A stretch of 64,000 bases of DNA from an uncultured delta proteobacterium (lineage in GTDB: Bacteria > Myxococcota > UBA727 > VGSZ01), in assembly GCA_963775425.1 (NCBI GenBank), contig CAVZJB010000011.1, forward strand, positions 544,001 through 608,000. Direction: 5' to 3'. Within the stretch, counting starts at the first letter, position 1, and every line of letters begins with the position of its first letter. Positions 36,709-45,586 of the stretch are shown here, in pieces. A program made the position numbers and the translations under genes. The notes beneath the pieces are model-generated. The model searched no databases and was not told the origin of the DNA. It saw only the letters and a program-made list of their open reading frames with translations.

Positions 36709-38784
36709 ATGAAGCGCACTTCCTTCTTCGCCCTTCTCATCTCCGCGGCGCTCGCGTCGTCGGGCGCCCTCGCCGGGCAGCCCGACAGCGGCAAGACCGG
36801 CGCCGCCAAGAGCGCCCCGACCGCCCAGCACGCGCCGCTGCCGCCCGGGCTCGACGACAACGTCGGGGATTGGATGGCCAAGCCGTGCGACGACTTCTAC
36901 CGCTACGCCTGCGGCGCCTGGATCGACAAGACCGAGATCCCCGCTGACCGCTCGTCGGCGTCCAGGGGCTTCGTCCACATCGCCGAGCAAAACGAGCTCA
37001 AGCTCAAGGACATCCTCGAGCGCGCGGCGGCGGGCAAGCTCAAGAAGGGACAGCCCTTCGCCCGTCAGCTCGGCGACTACTGGGCCACCTGCATGGACGA
37101 AAAGAAGCTCGACTCGTCGCTGCCCGCGGTGAAGAAGCAGCTCGCCGCGTTCAAGGGGCTCAAGGGCAAGGCGCTCGCGACCACCATCGGCAAGCTCGAG
37201 GCCGAGGCCATCAACCCGGTGTTCGGCTTCGGCTCCATGCAGGACCTGAAGGACAGCTCCAAGGTCATCAACGGCATCAGCTCGGGCGGCCTCGGCCTGC
37301 CCGATCGCGACTACTACTTGAAGGACGACGCCAAGACCAAGGCCGTGCGCGACGCCTACGCCGCCCACGTCGCCAAGATGTTCGAGCTCCTCGGCGACAA
37401 GCCCGACGACGCCAAGAAGAAGAGCGACACCATCATGGCGTTCGAGACCCGGCTGGCCAAGGTCACGCTCACCAACGTCGACCGGCGCGACCCCGAGAAG
37501 ATCTACCACCGCGTCGAGAAGGCCGGCCTCGACAAGCTCGCGCCGTCGTTCGACTGGAAGGCCTTCTACAAGGCCATGGGCGCGCCCAAGGACAAGGAGC
37601 TCAGCGTCGAGCACCCGCCGTTCTTCGAGGAATTCGACAAGATCGTGAAGGACACGCCGCCCGAGACCTGGGAGACCTACCTGTCGTGGGTCTACGTGCG
37701 CAGCGTCGTGCCGGCGCTCCCCAAGGCCTTCCAGGACGAGACCTTCGCGTACACGTCCAAGGCGCTCACCGGCGCCAAGGAAGATCGGCCGCGCTGGAAG
37801 AAGTGCGTGTCGTTCGCCGACGGCCACCTCGGTGAGGCGCTCGGGCGCGTGTTCGTCGACGAGAACTTCGGCGCCGACGGCAAGGCGCGCACCCTCGGCA
37901 TCGTGAAGGCGCTCGAGGGGTCCATGAACGACGACCTGAAGGCCGTGACGTGGATGGACGACGGCACGCGCAAGGTCGCCCTCGAGAAGGCCTCCAAGAT
38001 GTTCAACAAGATCGGCTACCCGGACAAGTGGCGGAACTACGCGAGCTACCACACCAACCGGAAGAGCTTCCTGCAGAACTTCCTCGCCGGGAACGCGTTC
38101 GAGGCCAAGCGCGACCTGAAGAAGATCGGCAAGCCCGTCGACAAGGGCGAGTGGCAGATGACGCCGCCGACGGTGAACGCCTACAACGACCCGCAGCTCA
38201 ACCAGATCGTGTTCCCCGCGGGCATCCTGCAGCCGCCGTTCTTCAACAAGGACGCCACCGACGCCGTCAACTTCGGCGCCATGGGCATGGTCGTCGGGCA
38301 CGAGATCACCCACGGCTTCGACGACGAGGGCCGCAAGTTCGATCAGGACGGCAACCTGCGCGACTGGTGGAGCCCCGAGGCCGCCAAGAAGTTCGACGCC
38401 AAGACCGCGTGCGTGGTGAAGCAGTTCTCCGGCTACACCGCCATCGACGACATCAAGCTCAAGGGCGACCTCACGCTCGGCGAGAACACCGCCGATCTCG
38501 GCGGCCTCAAGATCTCGCTCGCGGCGATGCACAAGTACGTGAAGGAGCACCCGCTGCAGAAGTCGACGTGGACGGCGGACCAGCAGTTCTTCCTCGGTTA
38601 CGCGCAGTCGTGGTGCAGCAAGTTCCGTCCGGAGAACGTGCGCCTGCGCGCGGCCACGGACCCGCACTCGCCGCCGAGGTGGCGCGTGGACGGGCCGCTG
38701 TCGAACATGAGCGAGTTCGCCGCGGCGTTCGGCTGCAAGGCCGGCGACAAGATGGTCCGCAAGGACCGCTGCGAGATCTGGTGA
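36709..38784 (+). CDS. M13 family (neprilysin/PepO-like) metallopeptidase, secreted
   Basis: Signal peptide; PCDDFYRYACG, VNAY, HEITHGFD, GENTAD, DPHSP. Confidence 0.95.
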   Translation: MKRTSFFALLISAALASSGALAGQPDSGKTGAAKSAPTAQHAPLPPGLDDNVGDWMAKPCDDFYRYACGAWIDKTEIPADRSSASRGFVHIAEQNELKLKDILERAAAGKLKKGQPFARQLGDYWATCMDEKKLDSSLPAVKKQLAAFKGLKGKALATTIGKLEAEAINPVFGFGSMQDLKDSSKVINGISSGGLGLPDRDYYLKDDAKTKAVRDAYAAHVAKMFELLGDKPDDAKKKSDTIMAFETRLAKVTLTNVDRRDPEKIYHRVEKAGLDKLAPSFDWKAFYKAMGAPKDKELSVEHPPFFEEFDKIVKDTPPETWETYLSWVYVRSVVPALPKAFQDETFAYTSKALTGAKEDRPRWKKCVSFADGHLGEALGRVFVDENFGADGKARTLGIVKALEGSMNDDLKAVTWMDDGTRKVALEKASKMFNKIGYPDKWRNYASYHTNRKSFLQNFLAGNAFEAKRDLKKIGKPVDKGEWQMTPPTVNAYNDPQLNQIVFPAGILQPPFFNKDATDAVNFGAMGMVVGHEITHGFDDEGRKFDQDGNLRDWWSPEAAKKFDAKTACVVKQFSGYTAIDDIKLKGDLTLGENTADLGGLKISLAAMHKYVKEHPLQKSTWTADQQFFLGYAQSWCSKFRPENVRLRAATDPHSPPRWRVDGPLSNMSEFAAAFGCKAGDKMVRKDRCEIW

Positions 38785-38788
38785 CGGA

Positions 38789-39592
38789 GTGACGACGCCC
38801 ATCGCCCTGGCAGGCCGCGTCGTCGTCATCACCGGGGCGAGCGCCGGCATCGGCAAGGCGCTCGCGCTCGAGGTCTCCCGCCGCAACGCCAAGGTGGTGC
38901 TCGCGGCGCGCCGCGAGCCCGCGCTCGCGGCGGTGGCGGCGGCGTGCCGCGAGGCGGGCGCGGCGGGCGCGGTGACGGTTCGTTGCGACGTCACCGTCCG
39001 CGCCGACGTGGAGCGGCTCGCCGGCGCCGGCGAAGAGGCCGGCGGCGCCGGCGTCTGGGTGAACAACGCGGGGCTCGGCATCACCAGGATGCCTTCGCAG
39101 ATCAGCGACGAGGACTTCGACGAGATGATGCTCGTCAACGTCAAGTCGGCGCTGTGGGGAATGCAGGCGGTGCTGCCGCACATGAAGAGGCGGAAGCGCG
39201 GGCAGGTGATGAACGTGTCGTCGATGCTCGGGCGCGTTCCGTTCGCGTTGCCGCGCGCGATGTACAGCGCGGCCAAGCACGCGCTGAACGCGCTCTCGAC
39301 GAGCATGCGCATGGAGATCCGCGCGGAGCTCCCCGACGTGTGGATCACCACCGTGTATCCGGGCGTGGTCGCCACGGACTTCGGCCTGAACGCCAGGCAC
39401 GGCGGCGTCGACAACCGCGCGCTGCCGAACGCGCAGGACGTCGACGAGGTCGCCAAGGTGATCGCCGACGCCATGGTGACCCCGCGCGCCGAGGTCTTCA
39501 CGCGGCCCGAGTACCGCCAGATGGTCGCGGGGTACTACGCGGCGGAGGACCTCACCGACGTCGAGAGCAAGCCGCCGTTTCGCCGGCCCTGA
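38789..39592 (+). CDS. Short-chain dehydrogenase/reductase
   Basis: TGASAGIG, NNAG, NVSS, YSAAK. Confidence 0.92.
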   Translation: MTTPIALAGRVVVITGASAGIGKALALEVSRRNAKVVLAARREPALAAVAAACREAGAAGAVTVRCDVTVRADVERLAGAGEEAGGAGVWVNNAGLGITRMPSQISDEDFDEMMLVNVKSALWGMQAVLPHMKRRKRGQVMNVSSMLGRVPFALPRAMYSAAKHALNALSTSMRMEIRAELPDVWITTVYPGVVATDFGLNARHGGVDNRALPNAQDVDEVAKVIADAMVTPRAEVFTRPEYRQMVAGYYAAEDLTDVESKPPFRRP

Positions 39593-39687
39593 CGCCGCGG
39601 CCCGCCCGTGCCCTCGGGGAAACACCCGGGGACGGCCGTGGCGGATCTCCGGATCGCGTGTAGGCGGCTCGCGCGTAAAAGCCGCGG

Positions 39688-40395
39688 ATGAAGCACATTG
39701 TCCTCCTCGCCATCGCGCTGATCCCGGCCTGCGCCACACCGCTCGATGACGGTGGGCCGTCCGGCGGCGGCGAGGGCGAGGGCGACGCCGGCGAGGGCGA
39801 GGGCGACGCCGGCGAGGGCGAGGGCGACGCCGGCGAGGGCGAGGGCGACGCCGGCGAGGGCGAGGGCGAGGGCGAGGGCGACATCCCCGGCCGCGAGGGC
39901 GAGGGCGAGGGCGATGTCGGCGGTGAGGGTGAGGGCGATCCCGGCAGCGAGGGCGAGGGCGAGGGCGACCCGGCCACGCCGACGTGCACCTCGAGCCACC
40001 ACTGGATCCTCGGCGACCTCGGGACGTCCCTCATGCACCCCGGCCAGAGCTGCATCCAGTGCCACGCGCAGCACGGCGGCGCGCCGCACTACTTCGCGGC
40101 GGGCACGGTCATGGGCGGCGTGCACGACGAGGACGACTGCCGCGGCGTCAGCAACGTCACCGTGCGCGTCACCGGCGCCGACGGTCAGGTGCGCGAGAGC
40201 ACCACCAACCTCAACGGCAACTTCAGCTTCGATTCGGGCATCGCGACGCCGTACACGGCGGAGATCGAGGTCGGCGGCGTGACCCGCGCGATGCTCACGC
40301 CGCAGACCGACGGCGACTGCATGTCGTGCCACACGGTGGTCGGCCGAAACCTCGCGCCGGGGCGCATCGTGGTCCCCGGGGCGCCGCTCCCCTGA
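39688..40395 (+). CDS. Lipoprotein with GE-rich linker and two CxxCH motifs (putative diheme cytochrome c)
   Basis: Lipobox IPAC; CIQCH and CMSCH flank a TTNLNGNF beta domain. Confidence 0.75.
   Translation: MKHIVLLAIALIPACATPLDDGGPSGGGEGEGDAGEGEGDAGEGEGDAGEGEGDAGEGEGEGEGDIPGREGEGEGDVGGEGEGDPGSEGEGEGDPATPTCTSSHHWILGDLGTSLMHPGQSCIQCHAQHGGAPHYFAAGTVMGGVHDEDDCRGVSNVTVRVTGADGQVRESTTNLNGNFSFDSGIATPYTAEIEVGGVTRAMLTPQTDGDCMSCHTVVGRNLAPGRIVVPGAPLP
39769..39852 (+). repeat. Coding tandem repeat, 4 perfect 21-bp units (GEGEGDA), degenerate to ~39969
   Basis: (GGCGAGGGCGAGGGCGACGCC)x4. Confidence 0.9.
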
Positions 40396-40422
40396 CGGGG
40401 CCGCGCGCCGCGCCCGCGGCTC

Positions 40423-40557
40423 CTACGTAGAGGCCATGAGCACGAACAGCATGGCGACGACGCCGGCGTAGGCGGCCGACGCGAGCACGCCGAGCGTGAG
40501 CGGCGCGCGCTTCAAGGTGGGAGGATAGGCACGATAGAATTTCTCGAGCAGCGGCAT
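40423..40557 (-). CDS. Small single-TM protein (44 aa; alternative TTG start 40515, 30 aa)
   Basis: MPLLEKFYRAYPPTLKRAPLTLGVLASAAYAGVVAMLFVLMAST; absent from the ORF track. Confidence 0.45.
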   Translation of the reverse strand: MPLLEKFYRAYPPTLKRAPLTLGVLASAAYAGVVAMLFVLMAST

Positions 40558-40680
40558 AGAGCGCCTCGATGACGACGACGCCCCCTGCTCCTTCAACCTA
40601 ACGGCGCCCGCTTCGTGAGCAACCGGCCGCGCTGTCAGCGTGCCGTCCGACGCGATGCGCCTGCGCGCGACGGCGGCGCG

Positions 40681-41640
40681 TCAGCCGCGCTCGAGCTCGA
40701 GGACGAGGGCGTCGCCGGTGCCGTCGAGCGTGACCCACAGCCGGCCGCGGTCGTCGAAGCAGATGCCCTCGGTCTTGGCGCTGCGCTTCACGGGGACCTC
40801 GAACGACGAGATCACCTTCAGCTCGATGCGATCGAGGAGCCCGTTGCCCGCGCGCGCCTTGCCCATCTTGATGGCCATCTCCACGACGGTGTGGGCCTCG
40901 TCGGAGATGACGAGCAGGTGGCCCGTCTTCGGATCCACCGCGACGTCTGCGAGGTCGGGCAACAGCTCCTTTGCTTTCTTGGGCAGGCGCATGAGCACGC
41001 CCTCGTCGAGGTCGGGCAGGGCGTAGATGCCGATGCGGCGGGGATCTCCCTCGTGCGCGCACACGAGCTGATCCTTCTTGGTGCCCGCGACTTCCTTGGG
41101 GAGGAAGGTGATGCCCTCCCAGCCCTTGTTCTCGACGTGCTTGAGCTTGGGCAGGCGGTGCTCCACCTTGCTCTCGGTCAGCTCGAGGCCGCCGTCGTGG
41201 TCGCGCTTCACGTCGTAACGCGTGACGCGTCGCGACTCCTCCTCGACGGTCCAGACGTGCTTGCCCTTGTCGTCGACGGCGATGCCCTCGACGTCGTGCG
41301 TGTCCTTGACCAGGCGCTGGGCCTTGCCGTCGCGCTGCAGCGTGTAGATGCCCTTGTCGTCGTCGACGACGATGAGCTCGCCGGTGGGCAGGTGGGCGAT
41401 GCCGCTCGGGCTCCTCACGCCCGTGCTGATCTCCGCCACCACCGAAGCGCCGCGGATGCAATTCACCTCGAGCTCGGGCTTCTTGGTGAGCTTTTCGACG
41501 TCGAGCTTCTCGACCTTCGGCAGGTGTCCGAGGAGCTTGGAGGTGGGGACGTTGGAGACCACCGCCGGGCGCACGCCGTGCGTGCGCTCGACGTGGTGGC
41601 GTCCGATGATGGGCGGCGTGCCGCCGTGGACCTTGGGCAT
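40681..41640 (-). CDS. SdiA-regulated/YjiK-like beta-propeller protein
   Basis: SPSGIA, DVEGIA, NKGWEGITF, DPKTGHLLVISDE, TEGICFD; 1-nt overlap with upstream gene. Confidence 0.8.
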   Translation of the reverse strand: MPKVHGGTPPIIGRHHVERTHGVRPAVVSNVPTSKLLGHLPKVEKLDVEKLTKKPELEVNCIRGASVVAEISTGVRSPSGIAHLPTGELIVVDDDKGIYTLQRDGKAQRLVKDTHDVEGIAVDDKGKHVWTVEEESRRVTRYDVKRDHDGGLELTESKVEHRLPKLKHVENKGWEGITFLPKEVAGTKKDQLVCAHEGDPRRIGIYALPDLDEGVLMRLPKKAKELLPDLADVAVDPKTGHLLVISDEAHTVVEMAIKMGKARAGNGLLDRIELKVISSFEVPVKRSAKTEGICFDDRGRLWVTLDGTGDALVLELERG

Positions 41641-44600
41641 CAGCCCAGGACCTTCTCGACCGTGTCGGCGCCCTTGCTGCCGGTGGCCGCCTCCCACTTC
41701 ACGTCGAAGCCGTGCTTCTTGGCCTCGTCGACGACGTGCTTGCCGCGGAAGTCGGCGACGGACTCCTGCGTCTTCAACAGCGTGGTCCACACGAAGTTGG
41801 CCATGTCCAGGTCTTCCTTGAGCTGCGCGTGGCCCACCGTGGGTTGGTTCTGGTTGGTGGTGGCGAACGCCTTGACGTTGAAGTCCTGCATGCCCTTCTC
41901 GGTCCAGGCCTTGGACACACCGTGGTCGCTGAAGAAGTCGGTGAGGTCGTTCAGGAACTTGGTCTTCTTGTCCTGGCTCTGGTTCCAGCCGAGCTGCGCC
42001 TTGAGCCAGGTGTCCAGCGTGGCCGGGTCCTGCGGGTTGACGTTGCTGCCCTGCACGCCTTGCGCGAACTGCATCAAGAGGTCGACGGACTTGGCGTGCT
42101 TGGTGACGCCGGCCATCATGGCCTCGTCCATCGCCAGCGGCGATCCCTTGCTCCTGGCGAACGCGGCGAGATCGTCGAGGAACGCCTTCTTCTGGCCGGC
42201 CGGCGCCTTGAGCTGCGCGTCGAGGTACTTGGTGAACGACGCGGGGTCGTTGGCGGCGACGCCCGAGCCCTGCTTCTGGAGCGCGTAGTCCATGAACACG
42301 CCGGCGGCGGCGCTGCTGATGGCGGACTCGGCCTTGTCGATGGCGGTGGTGTAGGGGAGCTCGTAGCCGAGCTCGATCTGGAAGTCGTTGCTGATGCCGA
42401 ACCCGATCATCTTGGAGGCGTCGAGCGGATCACGCGACGCGCGCTCGGTCTTGCTGAGCGCGAGGCCGTTTTTGAGGTTGTACTGCTCTTCGACGTCGAA
42501 GCTGTCGATGATGAAGTTGGACCAGCCCGAGCGCTGCGCCGAGCAGTACGCGCTGCGCGCGGAGTCGAACCACAGCGTCTGGCCGAAGGTGGCACCCTCT
42601 TCGACCATGCGGTGGAGCACCTCGAGGTCCTCGAACACGAGGTTCTTGCGGATGTCGCCGAGCACCGCATCCTTGTCGGTGGCGGTCTTGAGCTTGTCGT
42701 TGCCCTTGGACGCGAGGAACGCGCCGAGCTGATCGATGAACGCTTGCTTGTCGGCCCCGGCGAGCTTGGCGTCGAACTCAGCGAGGAACGGCGCCGCCGT
42801 GGTGTCGCGCTCGAGGGTGGCCGGCACCTGCAGCGGGGAGAGCATCTCGAGCGTGATGTCGTCGAGGCGCTTGCTGGCGAGCCCGCTGTTGGCGAGCAGC
42901 TTCAAGCGGTCGTCCTCGGGCATCTGGTTGACCTTGTCGAGGTACGCCTTGTACGTCTCGGGCTTGCCCTGCACGACGCCGCTGCCCTGCTGCGTGGCGG
43001 CCCAGGTCATGAACTTGCTCGCGGTGGACTTGGCCTGAAGGAAGTCCTTCACGTCGTCGAAGCTGCCGGCCTTGCGCACGCTCTTGTCGTCGTTGCCGGC
43101 GATCTTGCGCTCGGTGTCGTTGTCGAACCTGGCGGTGAAGTCGTTGAACGCGGCGACGATGCTGTCCGCGACGACCTTGCGCTTCTTGACCTCGGTCTTG
43201 TCCGACGTGGTGCCCTGGTCGGGCCACAGCTTGTCGATGGCGGCCTTGTCCACGGTCATGTTGGGGTCGATCTTCTTCAGGCCCTCCGTGGCGCGCTTCA
43301 CGATCTCGCTCCGATCGATGAGCGCCTGGCACGCCGCGGACAGCGCCGTCTTGTCCGCCGCCGGCAGCGTCGTGGACGCGTTGATGAGCGTGAGCATGTC
43401 GCCGACCTTGCCGCTGCACACCTTGAACGCGTTGAGCAGCGCCTGCGGCTCGGTCTCGTTCAGGTGATAGCGGCCGCGCACCTGGCGCAGGCAGGCGGCC
43501 TGCTCGAGGACGAGCGTGTCCTTGTGCTGGCCGTAGGTCTTCAGCGCGCCCTTGGACTTGAGGTACGTGTACGCCTGCGCGAGGGGCTCGATGACCGCTC
43601 CCTGCTGGTACCAGCCGGCGCCGGTCAGCTTGGCGCCCTTGATGGCGTCGTCGAGCTTGGCGACGGTGTCGTCGGTGGGGCTGTCGGTGCGGATGTCGGC
43701 CTTGGCGGCGGACTTCACACCGTAGCTGTCCACCTCGGTGCCGATCTTCATGGCGATGAGCACGCGCGTGGGCTTGCCGCTCTCGTCGTCGACGCGGGTG
43801 CGGCCGCGGATCATGACGTTGTTGTCGAGCAGGTCGCGCGTGAGCTTGCCGGTGGTGGGGTCCTTGGTGGCGTAGAAGACGTCGAAGAAGGTGTCCCGCC
43901 CGACGCTGATCTCGCGGTCGCCGGTCTTCTGGTCGATCTCCATGCGGCCGGGCTCGACGGTGAGTGAGATGTACGGGTTCATCTGGCGCACCTCGTGCGC
44001 CTTGCTCGACCAATCGAGCTCGTCGAGGCTCATGCCCTGGTAGCCGACGCCGAGCGCGACGGTGTCGCGGTTCTTCTGGAGCTTGTGCAGCACCGTCTTG
44101 CTGCCGCTCTTGGCGGTCATCAGCGCATACATCTGGTCCTTGTCGAGGCCGTTGGCCTGGCGCACCGCCTCGACCTCGAGGCTGTCGCGCCCGCTCGTGC
44201 CCTGCGCGCCGGCGAAGGTGCTCGCGTCGATGAACGGGACGCCCTGCAGCGGGTCCGCGCCGGGCGTGGTCGTGGGGCCGGGGGTCGGGTTCACCGGGGC
44301 CGTGCCCGCGGCCCTGGCGGTGAGCATGGCGCCGGCGACGCTGAGGGTGCCGTCGGGCCGGCTGCGCGTGGCGTGGCCGAAGTCGGTCCGGGTGGACGCG
44401 TACCAGTGGGAGTCGTTCATGCCGAGCGCCTTGGCGAGGTCGCTGCCGCGGCTGAAGTCGAGGCTGTCGCCCTGGGCCACCGCCGAGCTCGGCTTGACGA
44501 CGTCATCGAGGGCCTCGAGGAGCTCGCGGGTGTACTCCTTGACGTCCTTGTTGCCCGCCGCCTGCTGGAGCGTCTGGTACGCCGCCTTGAGGTCGGCCGC

Positions 44601-44759
44601 GTTCTTGACGTCGACGGCGGCGGCGCCGTCGCCGACCTTCACGGTGATGCCCTTGGTCTCGATCTCCTTGCCGACGGCGTCGAGCCACTCGGCGTGGTCG
44701 GGCTTCGAGAAGAGGTCGGGGCGAAACTCGATACCGCGCTTGACATGGATGGTGGGCAT
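41640..44759 (-). CDS. Large (~1039 aa) hypothetical protein with split CYTH-like motifs and internal repeats
   Basis: Strong GC3 bias; LEVEA, FFDVFY..LL..MIRGR..IAMK, RQVRGRY, IIDSF, FQIE. Confidence 0.6.
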   Translation of the reverse strand: MPTIHVKRGIEFRPDLFSKPDHAEWLDAVGKEIETKGITVKVGDGAAAVDVKNAADLKAAYQTLQQAAGNKDVKEYTRELLEALDDVVKPSSAVAQGDSLDFSRGSDLAKALGMNDSHWYASTRTDFGHATRSRPDGTLSVAGAMLTARAAGTAPVNPTPGPTTTPGADPLQGVPFIDASTFAGAQGTSGRDSLEVEAVRQANGLDKDQMYALMTAKSGSKTVLHKLQKNRDTVALGVGYQGMSLDELDWSSKAHEVRQMNPYISLTVEPGRMEIDQKTGDREISVGRDTFFDVFYATKDPTTGKLTRDLLDNNVMIRGRTRVDDESGKPTRVLIAMKIGTEVDSYGVKSAAKADIRTDSPTDDTVAKLDDAIKGAKLTGAGWYQQGAVIEPLAQAYTYLKSKGALKTYGQHKDTLVLEQAACLRQVRGRYHLNETEPQALLNAFKVCSGKVGDMLTLINASTTLPAADKTALSAACQALIDRSEIVKRATEGLKKIDPNMTVDKAAIDKLWPDQGTTSDKTEVKKRKVVADSIVAAFNDFTARFDNDTERKIAGNDDKSVRKAGSFDDVKDFLQAKSTASKFMTWAATQQGSGVVQGKPETYKAYLDKVNQMPEDDRLKLLANSGLASKRLDDITLEMLSPLQVPATLERDTTAAPFLAEFDAKLAGADKQAFIDQLGAFLASKGNDKLKTATDKDAVLGDIRKNLVFEDLEVLHRMVEEGATFGQTLWFDSARSAYCSAQRSGWSNFIIDSFDVEEQYNLKNGLALSKTERASRDPLDASKMIGFGISNDFQIELGYELPYTTAIDKAESAISSAAAGVFMDYALQKQGSGVAANDPASFTKYLDAQLKAPAGQKKAFLDDLAAFARSKGSPLAMDEAMMAGVTKHAKSVDLLMQFAQGVQGSNVNPQDPATLDTWLKAQLGWNQSQDKKTKFLNDLTDFFSDHGVSKAWTEKGMQDFNVKAFATTNQNQPTVGHAQLKEDLDMANFVWTTLLKTQESVADFRGKHVVDEAKKHGFDVKWEAATGSKGADTVEKVLG

Positions 44760-44923
44760 GCCCCCTTCTAGCCCCGAAGGGCGCGATTTGGCGCGGATCC
44801 TGCCGCGCTCCCGCCCCTCGGGAGCGGCCCCCGTCACACCCGTCACCCGGAGCCCGGCCACAGGGACGATTTCCCGCTGGCCGGCGGAGCCCCGGGGGCT
44901 AGGGTCCGCGCACGGAGGCCGTC

Positions 44924-45583
44924 ATGCAAGTCGTCGTCGTCGGATCCAATCGCGGCATCGGGCTCGAGCTCGCGCGCATCTATCGCGAGCGCGGCGACGC
45001 CGTCGTGGGCGCGTGCCGCAAGAGCTCGGACGCCCTGAAGGCCACCGGCGCCGAGGTCGTCGAGGGCATCGACGTCGGCGGCGAGGGCGCCGGCGCGGCG
45101 CTGCGCAAGGCGCTCGGCGACAGGCACGTGGACGTGCTCGTGGTCGCCGCGGGCATCCTCAAGCGCCAGTCGCTCGACGACGTCGACGACCCCGGCCTCC
45201 TCGAGCAGCTCGTGGTGAACGCCGTGGGCCCGCTGCGCGTCGTCGCCGCGCTGCGAAACAACCTCGGCAAGGGCTCCAAGGTCGGGCTCATCACGTCGCG
45301 CATGGGCTCCATCGACGACAACACCTCCGGCGGCAGCTACGGCTACCGCATGTCCAAGACGGCGCTGAACATGGCGGGCCGCTCGCTCGCGCACGACCTC
45401 GCCCCCGCCGGCGTCTCGGTGATGCTGCTCCACCCTGGCTTCGTCCGCACCGACATGACCGGCGGCCACGGCGACGTCGACGCCCCCACGTCCGCCGCGG
45501 GCCTGGTGGCGCGCCTCGACGAGCTCACGCCCGAGACGAGCGGCACGTTCCGCCACGCCAACGGGCAGACGCTCCCCTGGTGA
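44924..45583 (+). CDS. SDR oxidoreductase, CsgA-like
   Basis: GSNRGIG, TSRMGSIDDN, YRMSK, LHPGFVRTDM; GGAGG RBS. Confidence 0.9.
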   Translation: MQVVVVGSNRGIGLELARIYRERGDAVVGACRKSSDALKATGAEVVEGIDVGGEGAGAALRKALGDRHVDVLVVAAGILKRQSLDDVDDPGLLEQLVVNAVGPLRVVAALRNNLGKGSKVGLITSRMGSIDDNTSGGSYGYRMSKTALNMAGRSLAHDLAPAGVSVMLLHPGFVRTDMTGGHGDVDAPTSAAGLVARLDELTPETSGTFRHANGQTLPW

Positions 45584-45586
45584 CGC

